From Eutreptiella sp. 'Long Island Sound 2002' (lineage: Eukaryota > Protista > Euglenida): 64,000 nt of DNA. Positions 12,701 through 27,164 of this stretch are shown piece after piece; position 1 is the stretch's first letter; the number at the start of each line of letters is the position of its first letter. Location of the stretch: positions 180,730,001 to 180,794,000 of the forward strand of contig OZ038378.1 of the NCBI GenBank assembly GCA_964036045.1, in the 5' to 3' direction. The notes below the pieces were generated by a model, which was not told the origin of the DNA, did not search any database, and saw only the letters and a list, made by a program, of their open reading frames with translations. Made by a program: the position numbers and the translations under genes.

Positions 12701-15034
12701 GAGGCCACAGGGCCTGGACAACGGCCGGTTTGGACAAAGGTATGGACTTAAAAGGGAGACAGGGTTCCCGAAACCGCTTTTGCAACCGCTTTTGAAGCCC
12801 AGCCTGTCTCAAGTACCCTGAAAATGGAAGGGCTTCCAGGAAGCAGTATGACCATTCGTTGCCCACCATTCAGGTTCTGATGCCGCTGAAGGGGGGCATT
12901 TGAAAGGTCTGACTGGGGATTTCAACAATGTCGCCTTCTCGTTGCTGCCGATGGACCCCTTGGGTAATGACAGAGAGTTACTGCTACCCCTACTTTCCGG
13001 ATTACCAGCCCCCCCTTGCGAGAACAATGGTAAAAGCACTGAAAATGATGGAAACAACGCGTCCTGTTGTTCTGACGAGGGCGTTGTTTATAAGAAGACG
13101 TCAGCACATCAGCAGTGATAGCAAAGCAGAGCATTATCGAGGTCCACACAGCCATGTCTGTGGAGGCGGAGGGAAGGGGCATTCTCCACTAAACAACATA
13201 CATAGTGCACGCAGTCCGAGTGTGTTGAATTGTTGTTGTTGTTTTGTTGTATTGGCGCGTGCACACACACACCAACCCTTTTTCAACACGTGGACTTTCG
13301 AACTCGTCAAATGATACAAAACCACACGAACCACACACCATGAATACTGTTGCCCGTTTTTGCTTTTTGACGATACTCAGTGACATTTTACCAGGAGAGG
13401 CAGAATTGCACTTGCCGCGTGCCCACAAATCAAAATTGAGGCAAGCATGTAGGCCAAGAGTTAGGTATATACGCAAAAATCAGCACATCTAGCACAATGA
13501 TGGTGCACGCACACGACATGCACGATGCAAACTAACCGTGGACACTACACATGCCACACACAACATGCAAACCACACTAAGCATGCACAGCATGCACACC
13601 GTACAACCATACTAACCATGCCCCAGCCCCCCTTCTCCAAGATACGGCCAAGTCCAAATTAATAGAGGACATACAGCGACCCTTGTATCGGAGAAAAGGC
13701 ATTTCTTCTGTGCAGGAGTCAAAACTGTACTGTAAAACAACACCGATGCCCTGCGACTTATGGGTCTCTATTATGGCGCAAAATGAAAAATGATCACAGC
13801 ACGCCGTGCCGTGTGCGCCCTGTGTGGAACTGTCAGCCATTCAGGAGGATGTTGCACGACACACTGTTCAACCATAGTCCATGCAGCGAGGGGGGAAAAG
13901 CCCGTGCATACAACAACAAACACACATTACGGATGTGAACACTGCATTTTCACCGGAAACCCAATAAAGCAGGGCGCAACATCGGGGGAATCGAGCCCCA
14001 GTGCAAGCACTACGCCTTCGGGTCTAGACATTCATTAAAATATGCCATGGGACGTGTGCCCTCTGCAGAACGCAGTGAGCTGAAGACCGGCTCCAGACCG
14101 GTGCGGCAAAAGGATCTGGGGCCCAAGCATGAGGGTGACATGAGGCACATGAACATGCAGCCAGTGGTCATAATGCTGCAAACGGCAGCTCCGATGCAAT
14201 GTGGTCCAGGGCATTGGGATGCATGGGATGCAGGGCGAATCCTCAGACCTGTCTGAGCGAACCCCCTCCGGCCCCTCAGGCCCCTTAAATAGTCCCCCTT
14301 AGGGGGGGGGGCAGCATCACTATCACATTTTTCCAAAAAAGCGTTGCCTTCAATTTCGAGAGTGTCTTCAGTACTTCGAGGAATTCTGATGGAGTCATTT
14401 TCTACGTTTGCGTTCCCTTGTGCAGACAACATGTATTCTGAAGGTAACGCTGTTTGGTACATCTGGAGCCTGGGCGCCACCTGGTTCTGTGTTGGTCAAG
14501 CCTGCAGGAGCCTCTGGGAATTATGCAGAAGCCTACGAGAAATAACGGCAACCATCCAGAAGCCTCCTGAAATAATCCGCACGCATCAACAAGCCTCCAC
14601 GAATTACCACCAAGCATCCGGAAGCACGGTGCAGCTACTCACGCATAGTCCCTCTAAGGGAAAGTGGGGGGGGGGGGGGGGGGACACCCGTTCCTCGCAT
14701 ACCGATGGGAGAAGCAAATATATCCCGGGGCTTCTACGAGCAAAATGTCGTAACACGTCTGATGGGGAAGGCTGAAGTGTGGCGGTGGGACGGATGCGCA
14801 TTACATTAGAGTGCGGGTCAGAGTGCCCTGCGCCACGTCGGCGTGATGGCTAGGCCCTCTGAGCGACGGTTGGATGCGGTGTGCCGCGCGACAGTGATGG
14901 TTAGGACGCGGCGCGCCGCGTGGGAGTGACGGCTAAAATGAGGGGCTCCGACATACAACAGAAGAAATCAACAGAGCGCATGCTGCGGGGCTCTTTGATG
15001 AAAGGCAGCCGATGTGGGTGCAGGGGAAGGGCTA

Positions 15035-15228
15035 CCGACCAAACTTTTGAATTTCGCGGAACTCTGATTTTTGCACAGGCCGATGTGAAATTTTGTTATG
15101 CAGAGATTTTGCGCATACATCCAGAAGTCGGAAAAATTAATTAATTTTTTGATTATTATTTTTTTTGCGTATAAACACACTTTGCCCACAGAATTAAATA
15201 TTTCCGCGGATCTATAAAGTTTGGTCAG
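15035..15228. mobile_element. Tc1/mariner-type MITE (TA TSD, 13-bp TIR)
   Basis: TA|ccgaccaaacttt ... aaagtttggtcag|TA. Confidence 0.65.
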
Positions 15229-16071
15229 TATAGGCAAGGCGTCTGGCACCCGCTGGCCACCAGTGCCCTTTGCACTGCGCTGTGTCCTTCAGCCCTCATG
15301 TTGAGGTACGCTCTTTGGGAGGTGTCCATTGTGCGCTCTCCGCATGTGAGTGGCGACGCCAATGGGGGATGCTCTGCGAACGGCGCAGAGCTGGACCGTG
15401 TGTACGGTGGCGGCGCTGGTGGTTGTACGTCTCAGGCACATTTGTGCCCATCAGAGCGTCTGTAAGGGACAAGATCTGTGTTATGCTTCTCCCCCTCAGA
15501 ACATGGCGCTGTCCCCCTGCAAGCGGTAGCAGTCAACGGAGGGCAGATACCGACCACCCACCTGCAGTTATCCGCACACAACCAACATCCTGCTGCGCAT
15601 CAGCGCACCTTTCGTTCCGCCCGTCTGACACCGCTCAGTCAACAGAAAGAGTCGCACTGTCTGCCACATATCGCGCGGGTGACTGCGGCACTTCCGTGCA
15701 CAGGCAGGGGCAGGGCTGCGCTTGTGGGTGCAGGAGGCTGAAGGAGGGGTAAAGAGGTTGACAGCGGTTAGAAAACGGATTGTGAGACAATATGGGCCGT
15801 TTAGGGCGGACAAGACCGAGTGAAAGTGCAGGCCTGGGGAGGGGGTTACGGTACCATTTGGCCCGAAGAGCCCACAACATGCGTTGCACAGTTTGGACAC
15901 GAGACAAATTCGCGAGGGCAGCGGCACGACGCAGCCGCCGATTTGCCACAGGCGTTGCAGTGGCGTGCACGAGCGCTCGGGGCTTCAGGTGCCCCGAGCC
16001 CCTGTACAGCGCGGTACCAGGCCTCCGCGCTAGCCGCAGCCGAACTAGCCGACTAGCCGCAGGGCCATGGA

Positions 16072-16190
16072 AAAATGGGAATTATGGGGAAAATGAGGGG
16101 AAATGGAGAAAAGTGGGGGAAATGGGGGAAAATGGGGGGAAGTGGAGAAAAATGGAGGAAAATGGAGAAAAATGGGGGGGGAATGGGCAA
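16072..16190 (+). repeat. Purine-rich, roughly 10-mer array (AAAATGGGGG-like)
   Basis: Seen directly; a reverse-orientation relative lies at about 17925-17990. Confidence 0.75.
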
Positions 16191-16804
16191 AGATGTTTAC
16201 ATGAGACATTATTGAGCCCTCCATAATCCTTAATCCATAATCCTTGCACGGTGCATCTTGAGGAGGCAACAATTCTCAGAATGCGCATTCAGGTGCCGGG
16301 ACTGTGCCAATGAAACAAAAGGACACGTAAGCTTTTTGTGTGTCCTCTTTCAAGGAGTGCTGCTTATTAGAGCCACCCTGTGTATGCAAGCCCTCAACGA
16401 TGGAAGAACAAATAGCTTGGATTTGCGGCGTGCAAATGGCCCGCAGCTTACTCAAATCCAGGGCGGCTTTTTGCCAAACAACCCTTGGTGTAGACAATGG
16501 GATACTTCCGATGGAGCTTGCAAGAGCCGCTCAATGTCATCGCCCAGTCCCTGTGGCACAAAATGCGGTGCCAAAAATCAAAAAACAAGCCAAAAATGGT
16601 GCACATAAGAAGTGTATGGAATGGAAAACAGACCTGTATGACTGAAATTCTATTGCCTTCGGCAGTGCACCTCGAAGAGAAGTTGACAGTCAGCCAATCG
16701 GTCAGTTAGACAAGCTAGCAGTCAGTCAGACAGAAACACACACTTTGGGTTTTTTGTCAGTGGCAGACACAGGTCCAAGCAGTGGGGAGAACAATTGGCC
16801 TGTA

Positions 16805-17014
16805 AATAGGCAGTGGCCGAATGGTAATGCAGGCGGCAACGAACTTTTCGATCGGTGGTTCGAACCCCGGTGCAGGCAGCAACGAACTTTTTGATCGGCG
16901 TTTGAACCCCGGTGTGGCCAGTACGGCAGCGGCGCCACCGCCGGTGCCCATCGACCAGGAATCGAACCGCCGACCTAAAACTCTGCGGCCATCTGCGTTA
17001 CCATCCGACCAGGG
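16805..17014. pseudogene. Two convergent tRNA-derived heads, one with an internal tandem duplication of about 44 nt
   Basis: Plus strand tggccgaatggtaatgcag...ggttcgaacc; minus strand tggtcggatggtaacgcag...ggttcgattcc. Confidence 0.55.
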
Positions 17015-18168
17015 GTGGTTGTGACACAATGGTGTCTCCCATTGCTTGGCGCCTTCTCAGCGAAAACTTTTGCCCCCCCTCCATCCAGTTTTAGGGGATA
17101 CAGGCCTCAGAATCAAAAAATCCATTGGGGGATGGTCTTATTGGGCAAAATAATGATTTTTACAAGGGGTTGGACATCAAATATCATGCCTTGGGGTATG
17201 CTACGCGAATGACCCCAAAAAAGGGGGGTATACGACGCCCGCGCCTACGCTTGATCTAACAACCTCTCTTCGAGGTGATTTCTTTATCATCCTTTACAAG
17301 CCGCACATTTTCATGGTTTTCAGATGCGGCATTTTTCTTTTCAGGTTCAGGTTCTGGTTCAGCAAGCAGCAACAATCAGGCAGCAACAATCAGCGCTGCT
17401 CAGCAAAAACAGCAGCAGCCTCCTCCCTTTTGTCAAGAACAATGATGGGCAGCACATCCTCCTCTTTCAAATACTTAGGGGCGCGACCTCCCAAACGTGC
17501 TGAAAAACATAAAAGATATTGGAAAAACTGCAAAACCGTCAAAAACAGCGACGGCTTGTAGACTATTTAATACACAAACTTGCAGTTAATACAACTCCAA
17601 TGTCCGCCGCATCATACACCTTGCTTTCCTTTTTCGTCTTTCTTCCCCAACTTCTTTGAAGACTGACAAGCAGACACCCATTTCAAATGATCGCAGTGAT
17701 TCTTCTTGACAAAAATGCTCCCATTGTGTGCTTTAAAAGGGGGGACATCCATTGCTCTGCCAACAATGGAACAACACCAGGGCGTACCCAACACCACATG
17801 GAAAAATGGAGAATACAAAAATGGAACTACAGGTAATACTGCAAGTACATATCTTTGCAAAAGATGTGTGCACCTGATAGGAAATGGGACAAAAATGCGA
17901 AAAAATTGCATCAATGTGGGAGAAATTTCCCATTTTTCCCATCTTTCCACACCATTTTCCCCATCTTTCCACAGCCTCACCATCTTTCCCTCTATTGCCT
18001 TTGAAAAATTCTACTAGCCAAACTAGCCAACTGGAAAAATGGAAAATTTCTGACTAGCTGACACTAGCCTATTTTTCGGCTAGCGCGGACGGTTGCAGTA
18101 CACCGCCCCAGCGCACAGCACCGCAAAGCGGTATCGCCGCCCTTCCCATCACCAAATCGGCCCCATGC

Positions 18169-18393
18169 CTACGGACTGACTGGGATGGGCTCCGGGACTG
18201 GCTCTGGACTGAATACGGTGCCCCCCTGGGGCGTGGAGCTGGGGCCCGGATCCGGGTCCTCCATGCGGCACGTCAAGACCACGCGGCTGGAGAAGGAGCT
18301 ATCATGGGTGTCCAGATACTCGATGGACTGCACGTTGGTGTTGGGCATTCGCGAGAGGTGGCACAGGGCCGGATACGCGAGCGCATTGGGCAC
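18169..18393 (-). CDS. Probable terminal exon (VPNALAYPALCHL...PIPVSP*)
   Basis: ttggcag|GTG in phase 0; GC3-rich; in-frame TAG. A further 3' exon cannot be excluded. Confidence 0.65.
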   Translation of the reverse strand: MPNALAYPALCHLSRMPNTNVQSIEYLDTHDSSFSSRVVLTCRMEDPDPGPSSTPQGGTVFSPEPVPEPIPVSP

Positions 18394-21300
18394 CTGCCAA
18401 AGCGGAGATGTGACGCGACCCCGACCCCTGGACCCGGTGTTCTATGAGAAGAGGGTTGGGCAGGGTTGGGATACAGCCGCCCCTGTGAGTCCGGCGGCCT
18501 CGGAGGTGACCCGGACCAAACCCGGCAAAAAATGAAAGTGGGATTTTTGGAATCAGCGCATCGAGGGGGTTCAGAAAAGTCATCATTTGCCATGTATTTG
18601 GTGAAACAAAATTTTGACCAATTTTCAATGCTCAAAAAAATTTTCGGCGCCAGATGTCATAATGCCTGATTAATCCTGTCCTATCAATTGAGCCCTTTTC
18701 ACGACCCCCCCGCAATTTTTGGGGGGCTCTATGGACCCCCTGTGTGACATTCCGTCTGGTTGTTGTTCCTTTACGGGGCCCTGGACAGTCACCCGTTCTT
18801 CCCTATGGACCCCCTTCCCCCCATTTAAGAACCCTACTTCCCCCGACTGCCCGGTCACCAGACATGAGGGGGGAGGGGGGTCAGGGGTCGAAGGGGGCAG
18901 AGTGGGTGCAAACGCAAATTGGTTGGGCAAGAGGTTGGAGGCCATTGCGACGGGTGCAAACCGGCTGGAGGGCCATTCGGGTCGGATAGCGGCGGGTGGC
19001 ACGGCGGGTCCTAACCTCCGATGGAGGTATCCCCCTCAAATCCCGGAAAAGGTGCGCACACCCGAGGCTGGCAACAGGCACACTGCCGGGGCCTTTATGG
19101 CGAACCCCCCCTGGCGATGACATTGCGGAGCACGCAGCCGAACAGCCTGTGGACACCCCCCCTCTACCCCTTCGCACCCTCATCTCTGTGCACCCGTTGA
19201 GCCTGACAACCAACTCGTTTCTGTCGTCGCATGGACTGGCAATGCCCGGGCACATTGTCGGCCACAACAATCCGGGGGTTGTGGCCGAACACAGGGCCGC
19301 CCATCCCTAGGCCACGAGGGTGTTGCGTGCCGCGCTTGCTCCGTCTTATCCGCAGGGCTCCTTTAAAGCCCCCCCCCCCCCCCCCGGCCCCCGCCCCCCA
19401 GTGGTGCTGAGTGCGTAGAGTAGATGGACACAGGGCCACATGCGCGGATGGATGGGCAACAGCACACCTGAAGCAGGATATTGGAGGAGTCGAGGTGGCG
19501 TGACGGCATCAGCAGCAGCGAAGTGGAGGTTGCGCAGTTGGGCATCTGCAGAGACACCGGCGCACTCTCCTCCATGGCCACATTGTCTATGTGCTCGTTG
19601 CTGTAGAACTTCCCGATGTCCGTGTGGCCGTACAGCGTGGAGGTGATCTGGAACAGGGTGCTGGGCCTGAACAGCACCTCTCCCTCCTGCGATGGGGACA
19701 GAAACAGGGTGGCAACATCCTTCCGCAGGGGGGGGGGGGGGGCTCTGGCACCCAGCAACGGGGCTGACGAAGACGGCAGCAGACGTTCCTCCCTCCCCCG
19801 CTCCCTCCCCCGCCGTCACGCCTTCAGAGCAGTCATCCGCAATCACCGGGGGACCTCAGCCCCCTCCCCCCCTCTCCCCCCCTTGCGGAGAGCAACACCA
19901 AAAGGGCAGGCGGACTTTCAATTGGAGGGCGGGGGGGGGGGGGGGGGGTGATAGAGCCCTCCGGCCGGACCCCCCCCCAAAAGGGGCTCAATTGACAGGA
20001 CCCCCAAAATCCTCCCGGGACTGACCCCCGGCCCTCGGAGGTGACCCAGACCCAAAAAACGGCAAAAAATGAAAATGGGATTTTTGGAATCAGCTCATCA
20101 AGGGGGATCACAAAAGTCATCATTTGCCACATGTTTGGCGAAAAAAACACTAGAAAACATTTGACCAGTTTTAATGCGCAAAAAAATTTTCGGCACCTTC
20201 AGAGCCAGAGTTCATAATACCTGATTAATGGTCCTGTCAATTGAGCCCTTTTCACAGACCCCCCCCCCCCAGTTTTGGGGGGCTCTATTGAGCCCCCCCC
20301 CCCCCCCCCCCCCCCCGCAGTTGAAAGCCCTACTTCCCAAATCCCAAAATTTGATGGAAACAACACCTACCATTGCTCTGACAAGGGCGTTGCTCTCGCA
20401 GGGCGGTGGGGGGGGGGGGGGACTGGCAGGTGGACTCGCACTGGCAAAGGCTCCCCACGGCTCCTTTTTGGGGGGGGGGGGTCCGTGGGGGGGACTCCCC
20501 CAGAGCGTTGCTTGAGCGGAGGTGGGAGGGGGGGCGGGGGTCCAGGGGAGGGAGGGAGGGGGTCTAGGGGGGAGGCCCCCCCCCTGCCGAAATGAACCAT
20601 ATCCACCAGGAATTGCAAAAATGCACCACATTGACCCATTCAGCATATACATTTGTCATAATGTCTGAACACAGGTAATCAAATCATCTTTTTGGGTCCA
20701 TACATTGTGCCCTCACCTAAACACGTCCAGGCAACACAAACACGAAACACAGTGGAATGCTCATTGTTATCAAATTGTTTGCTGAAGATCAATCAGAGTT
20801 CAACTCACCTGAGCTGGACTCACCAATGTCATCCTCTTCTAAACTGCAGTCTTGTCGTGCCATTATGGCTGCTTGTCTTATAAACTCGGACAGAGTTGCC
20901 CTTGGAGTGTTCAGAAAAAGGGTGGAACATGCTTTCTGTGCAACATTGTACGCCTCTTGCCTTCTATTCCCAGTCCATCTATCGTGGAAGCGAAAATAGA
21001 GGGTGGCGTTTATAACGTCGTCGCATTTTGCGTGGGGACTCGGCTGTACCGGGGTGTTAAAGAACGTACTTATGGGACGCTGGGAAATGGTGTCTGCAAC
21101 AGGGGGGAAGAAATGATACAAATGGAGTGACCAAAGAACCCTACTATAGGTGCACCGAAGGCGCGGGAGGAAAAATTTGGCCCAAACGAAAAAAGGTTCC
21201 CAGGACCCTGATTCTCAGGTGAATTAGAGCGGAGGGGGGAGGGGGGGAGGGGGTCCAGGGGAGGGAGGGAGGGAGGCCAGGGGAGAGAGCCCAGCCCCTC

Positions 21301-24300
21301 CCATGCCGGAATGAAAATTAAAGCAACGCCATGGACCCCCCCCCCTCGTGGACCCCTGGGCCCAGCAGATTACGAGCGTGCGCTGGAAGGCCCCCAACAT
21401 GAACCAACGCGCCGACGCGGCACCCCACAGCCACGGCGGAGCAGGCACGCCCCGTTCGCCAGGCCCAGGCGCCACATGGGGCGCCACATCAGGGCAGAGG
21501 GCCGCTTGCTGCAACGGGGAGGGCCCCATGCCTCAACGCACTGGGCTCGCTCCCCCCACACACACCGGCTGGTCACTCGGGAACGCCCACACTGACCGGC
21601 CGCACTCCGGGAATCCGGACGCGGGTGGGAAGCCCGCGCACACACCCCATCCGGCCCCCAAAGCCTGCAGCGCCTCCGCCGCGTCCCCAAACACGGGGCC
21701 ATTGGGGGGCCTGGCCGCACTACCGATCCAGCGCCCGGCAAATCTCTCACATGGGGCGCCTTGCGGCCAGAGGGCCCCGACGGGCAAGTGGGCTTGGGGC
21801 ACAATGCAGTGTGGGATGGCCGCAAATGGGGTCCGCGGGCATTCTTCAGCAACCCAACCCCCGAGATGCCGCTGGCCGACACCGGCGTCCACGAGAGACC
21901 GAACAGCGTACGCGGGAGAGACCGATTCTCTTAATGGAGGCCCTTTGCGTACCAAGCGCAGAAAAGCGGTCAGCGCCCTCGCCTTGTGGTGGCTGACATT
22001 TTGCCCAACTGAGGGATATTTGGGGGGGGCGGGGGGTGCCTCCCCCACACTACACCCTGAACGCCCTCTGTGCAGAGGCATGAAGCCCTTTAGCTCGCGT
22101 CAGGCGGCCCTCCGTAAGGCCTGCTCGACGCTGGATTTGGAGTGCGGCCGGGACCATCGGGGACGGTGCAGCGCTTTGGTCCACGGGGCATTCGTGGGGG
22201 GAAGGGGCGGGCACCCCACTGTGACACGGCGTCAACACTGCAGATGTCATCCGTGAGGCAGAGCCTGCACACAGGGAGTGGGTCCCTTCTGTTCGCCTGC
22301 GGATGCCACCACCGGAGGGGGGCACCGACGGAGGGGGAAAGGGCGAGGGACGGAGGAGGGACGTGAGGGGGGACGGGGGGCACACAGTCAGAGTAGGAGT
22401 AGGAGTAGTGTTGGGAATACTTCATTGGTCCCTGGCCCCCCTTTCCCATCCTCCGTCACTTCTACTCTTTACTTTGAGGTCACATGCGTTGTTTCGGGTC
22501 ATGCCTCGACGGACTGTGCGATAAGGGCATTCGGCGGTGTCGGATGAGGCGCAGCATCAGTGGACTCTCCGGTTCATACCTCCGGAAAGCGGGAACACAT
22601 GCTTATGGACCGGGCGGTGTTGCTCTGCAGGAAGAAGAGGGTGCCTTGGTCCCCTCGGGTAAACTCCTCGGCAACGTCACGGTTGGTAGAGGCACTACGG
22701 AACAAGCAGAAGGGTGCACCCGTGGACAAGGAAGAACACACAGAATAAGAAGCCATCGCCATTCGACATGTCAAGAACTGGGTGTTTCGGGGGCAGAGCA
22801 ACGCGTCAGCGCGTTACACGGGATCGAAGGCACCAACTTCCCTGTTCCCTCGTCGTGCCAGATGCGGGCGGGCTCGGATGGTGCGGCTTCCGCCCACCTT
22901 CTGAAGAATGGCGCCTGGGCGTATCAAGTTTAATGCCACAATATTTGAGTGAGAAAGGGGACCGTGGCGACCAGTTATCCGGCAAGATGGGGGGGCGGGA
23001 TCTAGAAACTGTCGAAAATGGCAAGAATTTGCCATTTTGCGACCATTCTGGGGGGTTTCGGGTGTCTGTCGTTTGCACACACTGTGCGTTCACAGCACGG
23101 CAATCGATGAACTTCCGCTCCTGCTGCTGCTCCTGCTGCTGCTGTTCCTGGCGCTTGTGGTGCTGGTGGTGCTGGTAGTCCTGCTGCTGGTGCTTCCCCG
23201 ACCGCCCTCGTCTCGCAACCGCCTAATTCCGTCCACAGCCCCTTTGTTCGATCGCCAGTAACCGGGTTTACCACCGCGCCCGGCAGCCACGTCCTGTCCC
23301 CCTGCACAGGCCTAAGCTCACGCACACAGGGGTGTCCGCGAACGCCCTGGATCCGCACTACTGAAGGAAGCTCTGGGGCAAACCTGGAGAAAGAAGGCCA
23401 GCACACAGTCTCGCCCGCTTTGTAGCTGCTCTCATCGAACCGGCAATTAATGCCGCGGTACAGTTTCCCCTCGAACTTGGGCAGGGCGAGCAGGGCAACG
23501 TCTGTGTGCCAGATCAAAGGCCGCCAGAAATCGATGCCTACGAAGCAGATCCGGAGAGGCATGCAATTCCCCTGTCCCAATACACACACAGATACACTGC
23601 TGTCTCCCACTCGCCTGCATTCCAGCAAAAGGAGTCGAACATTGCTGGCTCCGAAGTAGCCGAAGGTGAAAGAAGCGTATGCACAAACTGTTCATCGTCC
23701 GGTCGACGTTGTGCCCCGTGCTGCCACAGGGGAGCGCGTGCAGCGCTTGGAAGCAGGGCAGTCTGTCCGGGCCGCCTTTTCAGAGAGCCTTGTTCAATGA
23801 AAGGAAAAAGAAACTGGGGCCGTCCGGTACTCAGCCCCATATTCAGGACTCCCTGACCATTGACAAGCGGTTCCTCGACGGTTGAGTGACTGGAAACCTG
23901 CCCTTGTTGTTGGGCAGGCAGGCAGAACGCGCGTCATCTTCACCCTCCGTCACTTTGGGGTGGGGGGGTGGGATGGTGGGCAACAAAAGGGGCGTTGAGG
24001 GTCTGTGAAGAGTGGCGCACATTTGGTGAGCTCGGTGGCCCTACGTGGATTGGCACCTCCCGTGCACCACCGCGCGCAAACGGAATAGGGGATGCGGGCG
24101 GGACCTTGGGCGTTGTTGTTGCGCATGGCCGCGTTCATGGCCCCGTAGATCTGGTCCCCCCCATCTTCTTCCGGGAGTTCGTATGTGTACACGTACAGCG
24201 CTGCGACGTGCAGTGGGTGCAGGTTGGAGCCCTGCCGCAGCATCTCCTGCCACTTGAGCATCGTGTCCGCCGCCAAAGTGTTGATGGAGTCGCGAAGGAA

Positions 24301-25065
24301 CAAATACCCCTGCAGAAGCGTAGGGCAGGATGGTAACCCCCCCCTTAAAACCCCCCAGGGGTACTATCGATCTGGATTCTTCCAGAAGCCCAGAGCTTCT
24401 GCCAGCTCCACCTCTAGCTCCTCCTCCTCCTGCGGGGGCTGACTTTCATATGACTGCGTGTCAGATGGTTGTGAAATCTCAATCAGCCGCAGTGTTTGTT
24501 CTGTGTGTTCAGTTCCAAGGCACTGGAGGGGGGGGGGGGGGGGGGTCCCGAGGGGGGGGTTAATGGGGAGGGGGGGTTACCACCGACAAGAGCACAGCCC
24601 GTCCCCAAATTGCTCAGCACGACAGGTCACGCCGTTTGCCCAACATGTTGCGTACGTGTGCTGCCGCCTTCAGTCCCAGCTGGCGAGGCACACTTTTGAG
24701 AACAACACGACGGATGCACATGCCCCCGTATCCCCTTGTGGCAGGCGGCACACTTTGTCGCACTGGGAGACGCGCGGGGCTTTGCGGACTACGGACAGAG
24801 AGCCCCACAGCAGATGTGGCCCTTTCTGGCCCCGATGCCCCCCTGATGCCCTCAACCAGCCGCGGGTCCGGACCCCCAAGCCGTTCGACTGCGTCAGGGG
24901 TAAAGCCGCGGCACCCTCGTACACAGCCCGTGGACGGCGCGGAAGAGGATTCAAACCCGAAGTATGACGCCAATGACTGGCAACACATCACAGTTGTGCG
25001 TGACTGCATCGTAAAAGGGGGTCTCACAAATCGGGACTCAAGCCGAACGGCTCTAATGGACAGAT

Positions 25066-25120
<55 letters not shown>

Positions 25121-25128
25121 GTGGGTGT

Positions 25129-25202
<74 letters not shown>

Positions 25203-25501
25203 CGCCCAATTATTGAAACCAAACACAGCATTCGCTATCATACACCACGTCTACAGCTCTGTTTGCACTGCAGCAATGTTCTGATTCTCTGGCTCTAATG
25301 GACAGAGATTCATTGTGTGTGTGTGCAAGGCATCAATTCCAATCATGCTCAAACTGCGAGGTTCAACATTCCTACTCTCCCACCACTACTGCAAACCATG
25401 AGTCCGGTCATAGGGCTAGGAGCCATGGTCCGTTGGCGGCACTTGTACATATGGAGCCTCGTGCCCAACAGGGCAGCCCCCCTGCAGGACCGAACACATG
25501 G

Positions 25502-25552
<51 letters not shown>

Positions 25553-25706
25553 TGTGTGTGTGTGTGTGTGTGCGTGGGTTTGGGTTTGGGTTTGGGTTTG
25601 GGTTTGGGTTTGGGTTTGGGTTTGGGTTTGGGTTTGGGTTTGGGTTTGGGTTTGGGTGTGTGCGTGTGTGTGCGAGCGTGCGCGTGCGCGTGTGCGTGTG
25701 CGTGTG

Positions 25707-25752
<46 letters not shown>

Positions 25753-25825
25753 CGTGTGTGTGTGTGTGTGTGTGCGTGGGTTTGGGTTTGGGTTTGGGTT
25801 TGGGTTTGGGTTTGGGTTTGGGTTT

Positions 25826-25877
<52 letters not shown>

Positions 25878-27038
25878 ATGTGCATGTGTGTGTGTGTGTG
25901 TGTGTGTGTGCGTGCGTGTGTGTGTGTGTGTGTGCGTGTGGGTGTGTGTGGGTGTGTGTGTGTGCGTGTATGTGTGTGTGTGTGTGTGCGCGCGCGCGCG
26001 TGTGTGTGCGTGTGCGTGTGCATGTGCATGTGCATGTGCATGTGCATGTGCATGTGCATGTGCATGTGCATGTGCGTGTGTGTGTGTGTGTGTGTGTGAC
26101 TGTATATATATGCGCATACTCTCTTGCAGGCTACCACGGGGCCCTGAGAGCGCCGCCGTCGTGCCCACCGCCACACTACAGGGTATACAGAGAACACCGA
26201 GTCCAGCCACCGTGCGGTGTGCCCCAGAGGCGCGCGACTGGGCTACATCTTGGCGCCGTGGAGTCGCTCCGGCGCCCGCCGTGTCCACACACAACCACAC
26301 AATGTCTGTACAATGTCTGAGGGGCTAGGTCCACGGCTACGGACACAGTTCCACCATTGATGGGTTGCCAGGTATGGTGTTGCTGGTTCGGATAGACGGG
26401 ATACGGCAGCTTGACTCGCTCGCCTCTTCCCCCTCCCCCCGAACGCCCCAGACACCGCAGCCGGGGATGGAGCCAGAGCCCACCGCTACGGTGCTCACTG
26501 CGCTGCGGCAATGGCGCCTACCTCGTGCTGCCCAGCAGGAAAACCCCCCAACCAGGGGTGAGCGGGTCGGACAATGTTTGCCTGTATGGGTCGGTCGCAG
26601 TACATGGCGGGAGGTGCCTCCTACGACCCGGTCTACCCCTGCACATGGCAGTACTACATGTTGTTCGTTTATGTTTCGTTTCAGTTTGGCATGCGCAAGT
26701 TAGGCGCTGTGACCCTAAGCTTGCACTAATTCCTAAGCCCTAATTAAAGGCACCTGCTACATGAGCGCTTGAGGTAAACAAAACGAAAGGTGGGGCTGTA
26801 GGTTAACGGCAGCAACTTGCGCGTATGGCGTGGACGTTCTAGACACCTGTGGTTCGTGGGGTTCACCAGTATACTTTCCACCAGGCTACTTGAGCTGTGC
26901 TTAATGTCGTGTCCTGCAGACCTCTAGCTGTTGAGAAGTTTTGTTTTTTGCTTTGCCCGCATTGTTCTACCGGCCTTGCTCCCCTCATTGCGACCTTGCG
27001 TGTGTGTGTGCATGTGTGTGTGTGTGTGTGTGTGTGTG

Positions 27039-27077
<39 letters not shown>

Positions 27078-27133
27078 GTGTGCGTGTGCGTGTGCATGTG
27101 CATGTGCGTGTGTGTGTGTGTGTGTGTGTGCGT

Positions 27134-27164
<31 letters not shown>

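Noticed and set aside
16015-18100. Possible 2-kb TIR element (TCCGCGCTAGCCG inverted pair)
   Set aside because: Only a 13-bp subterminal match; termini and TSD do not align.
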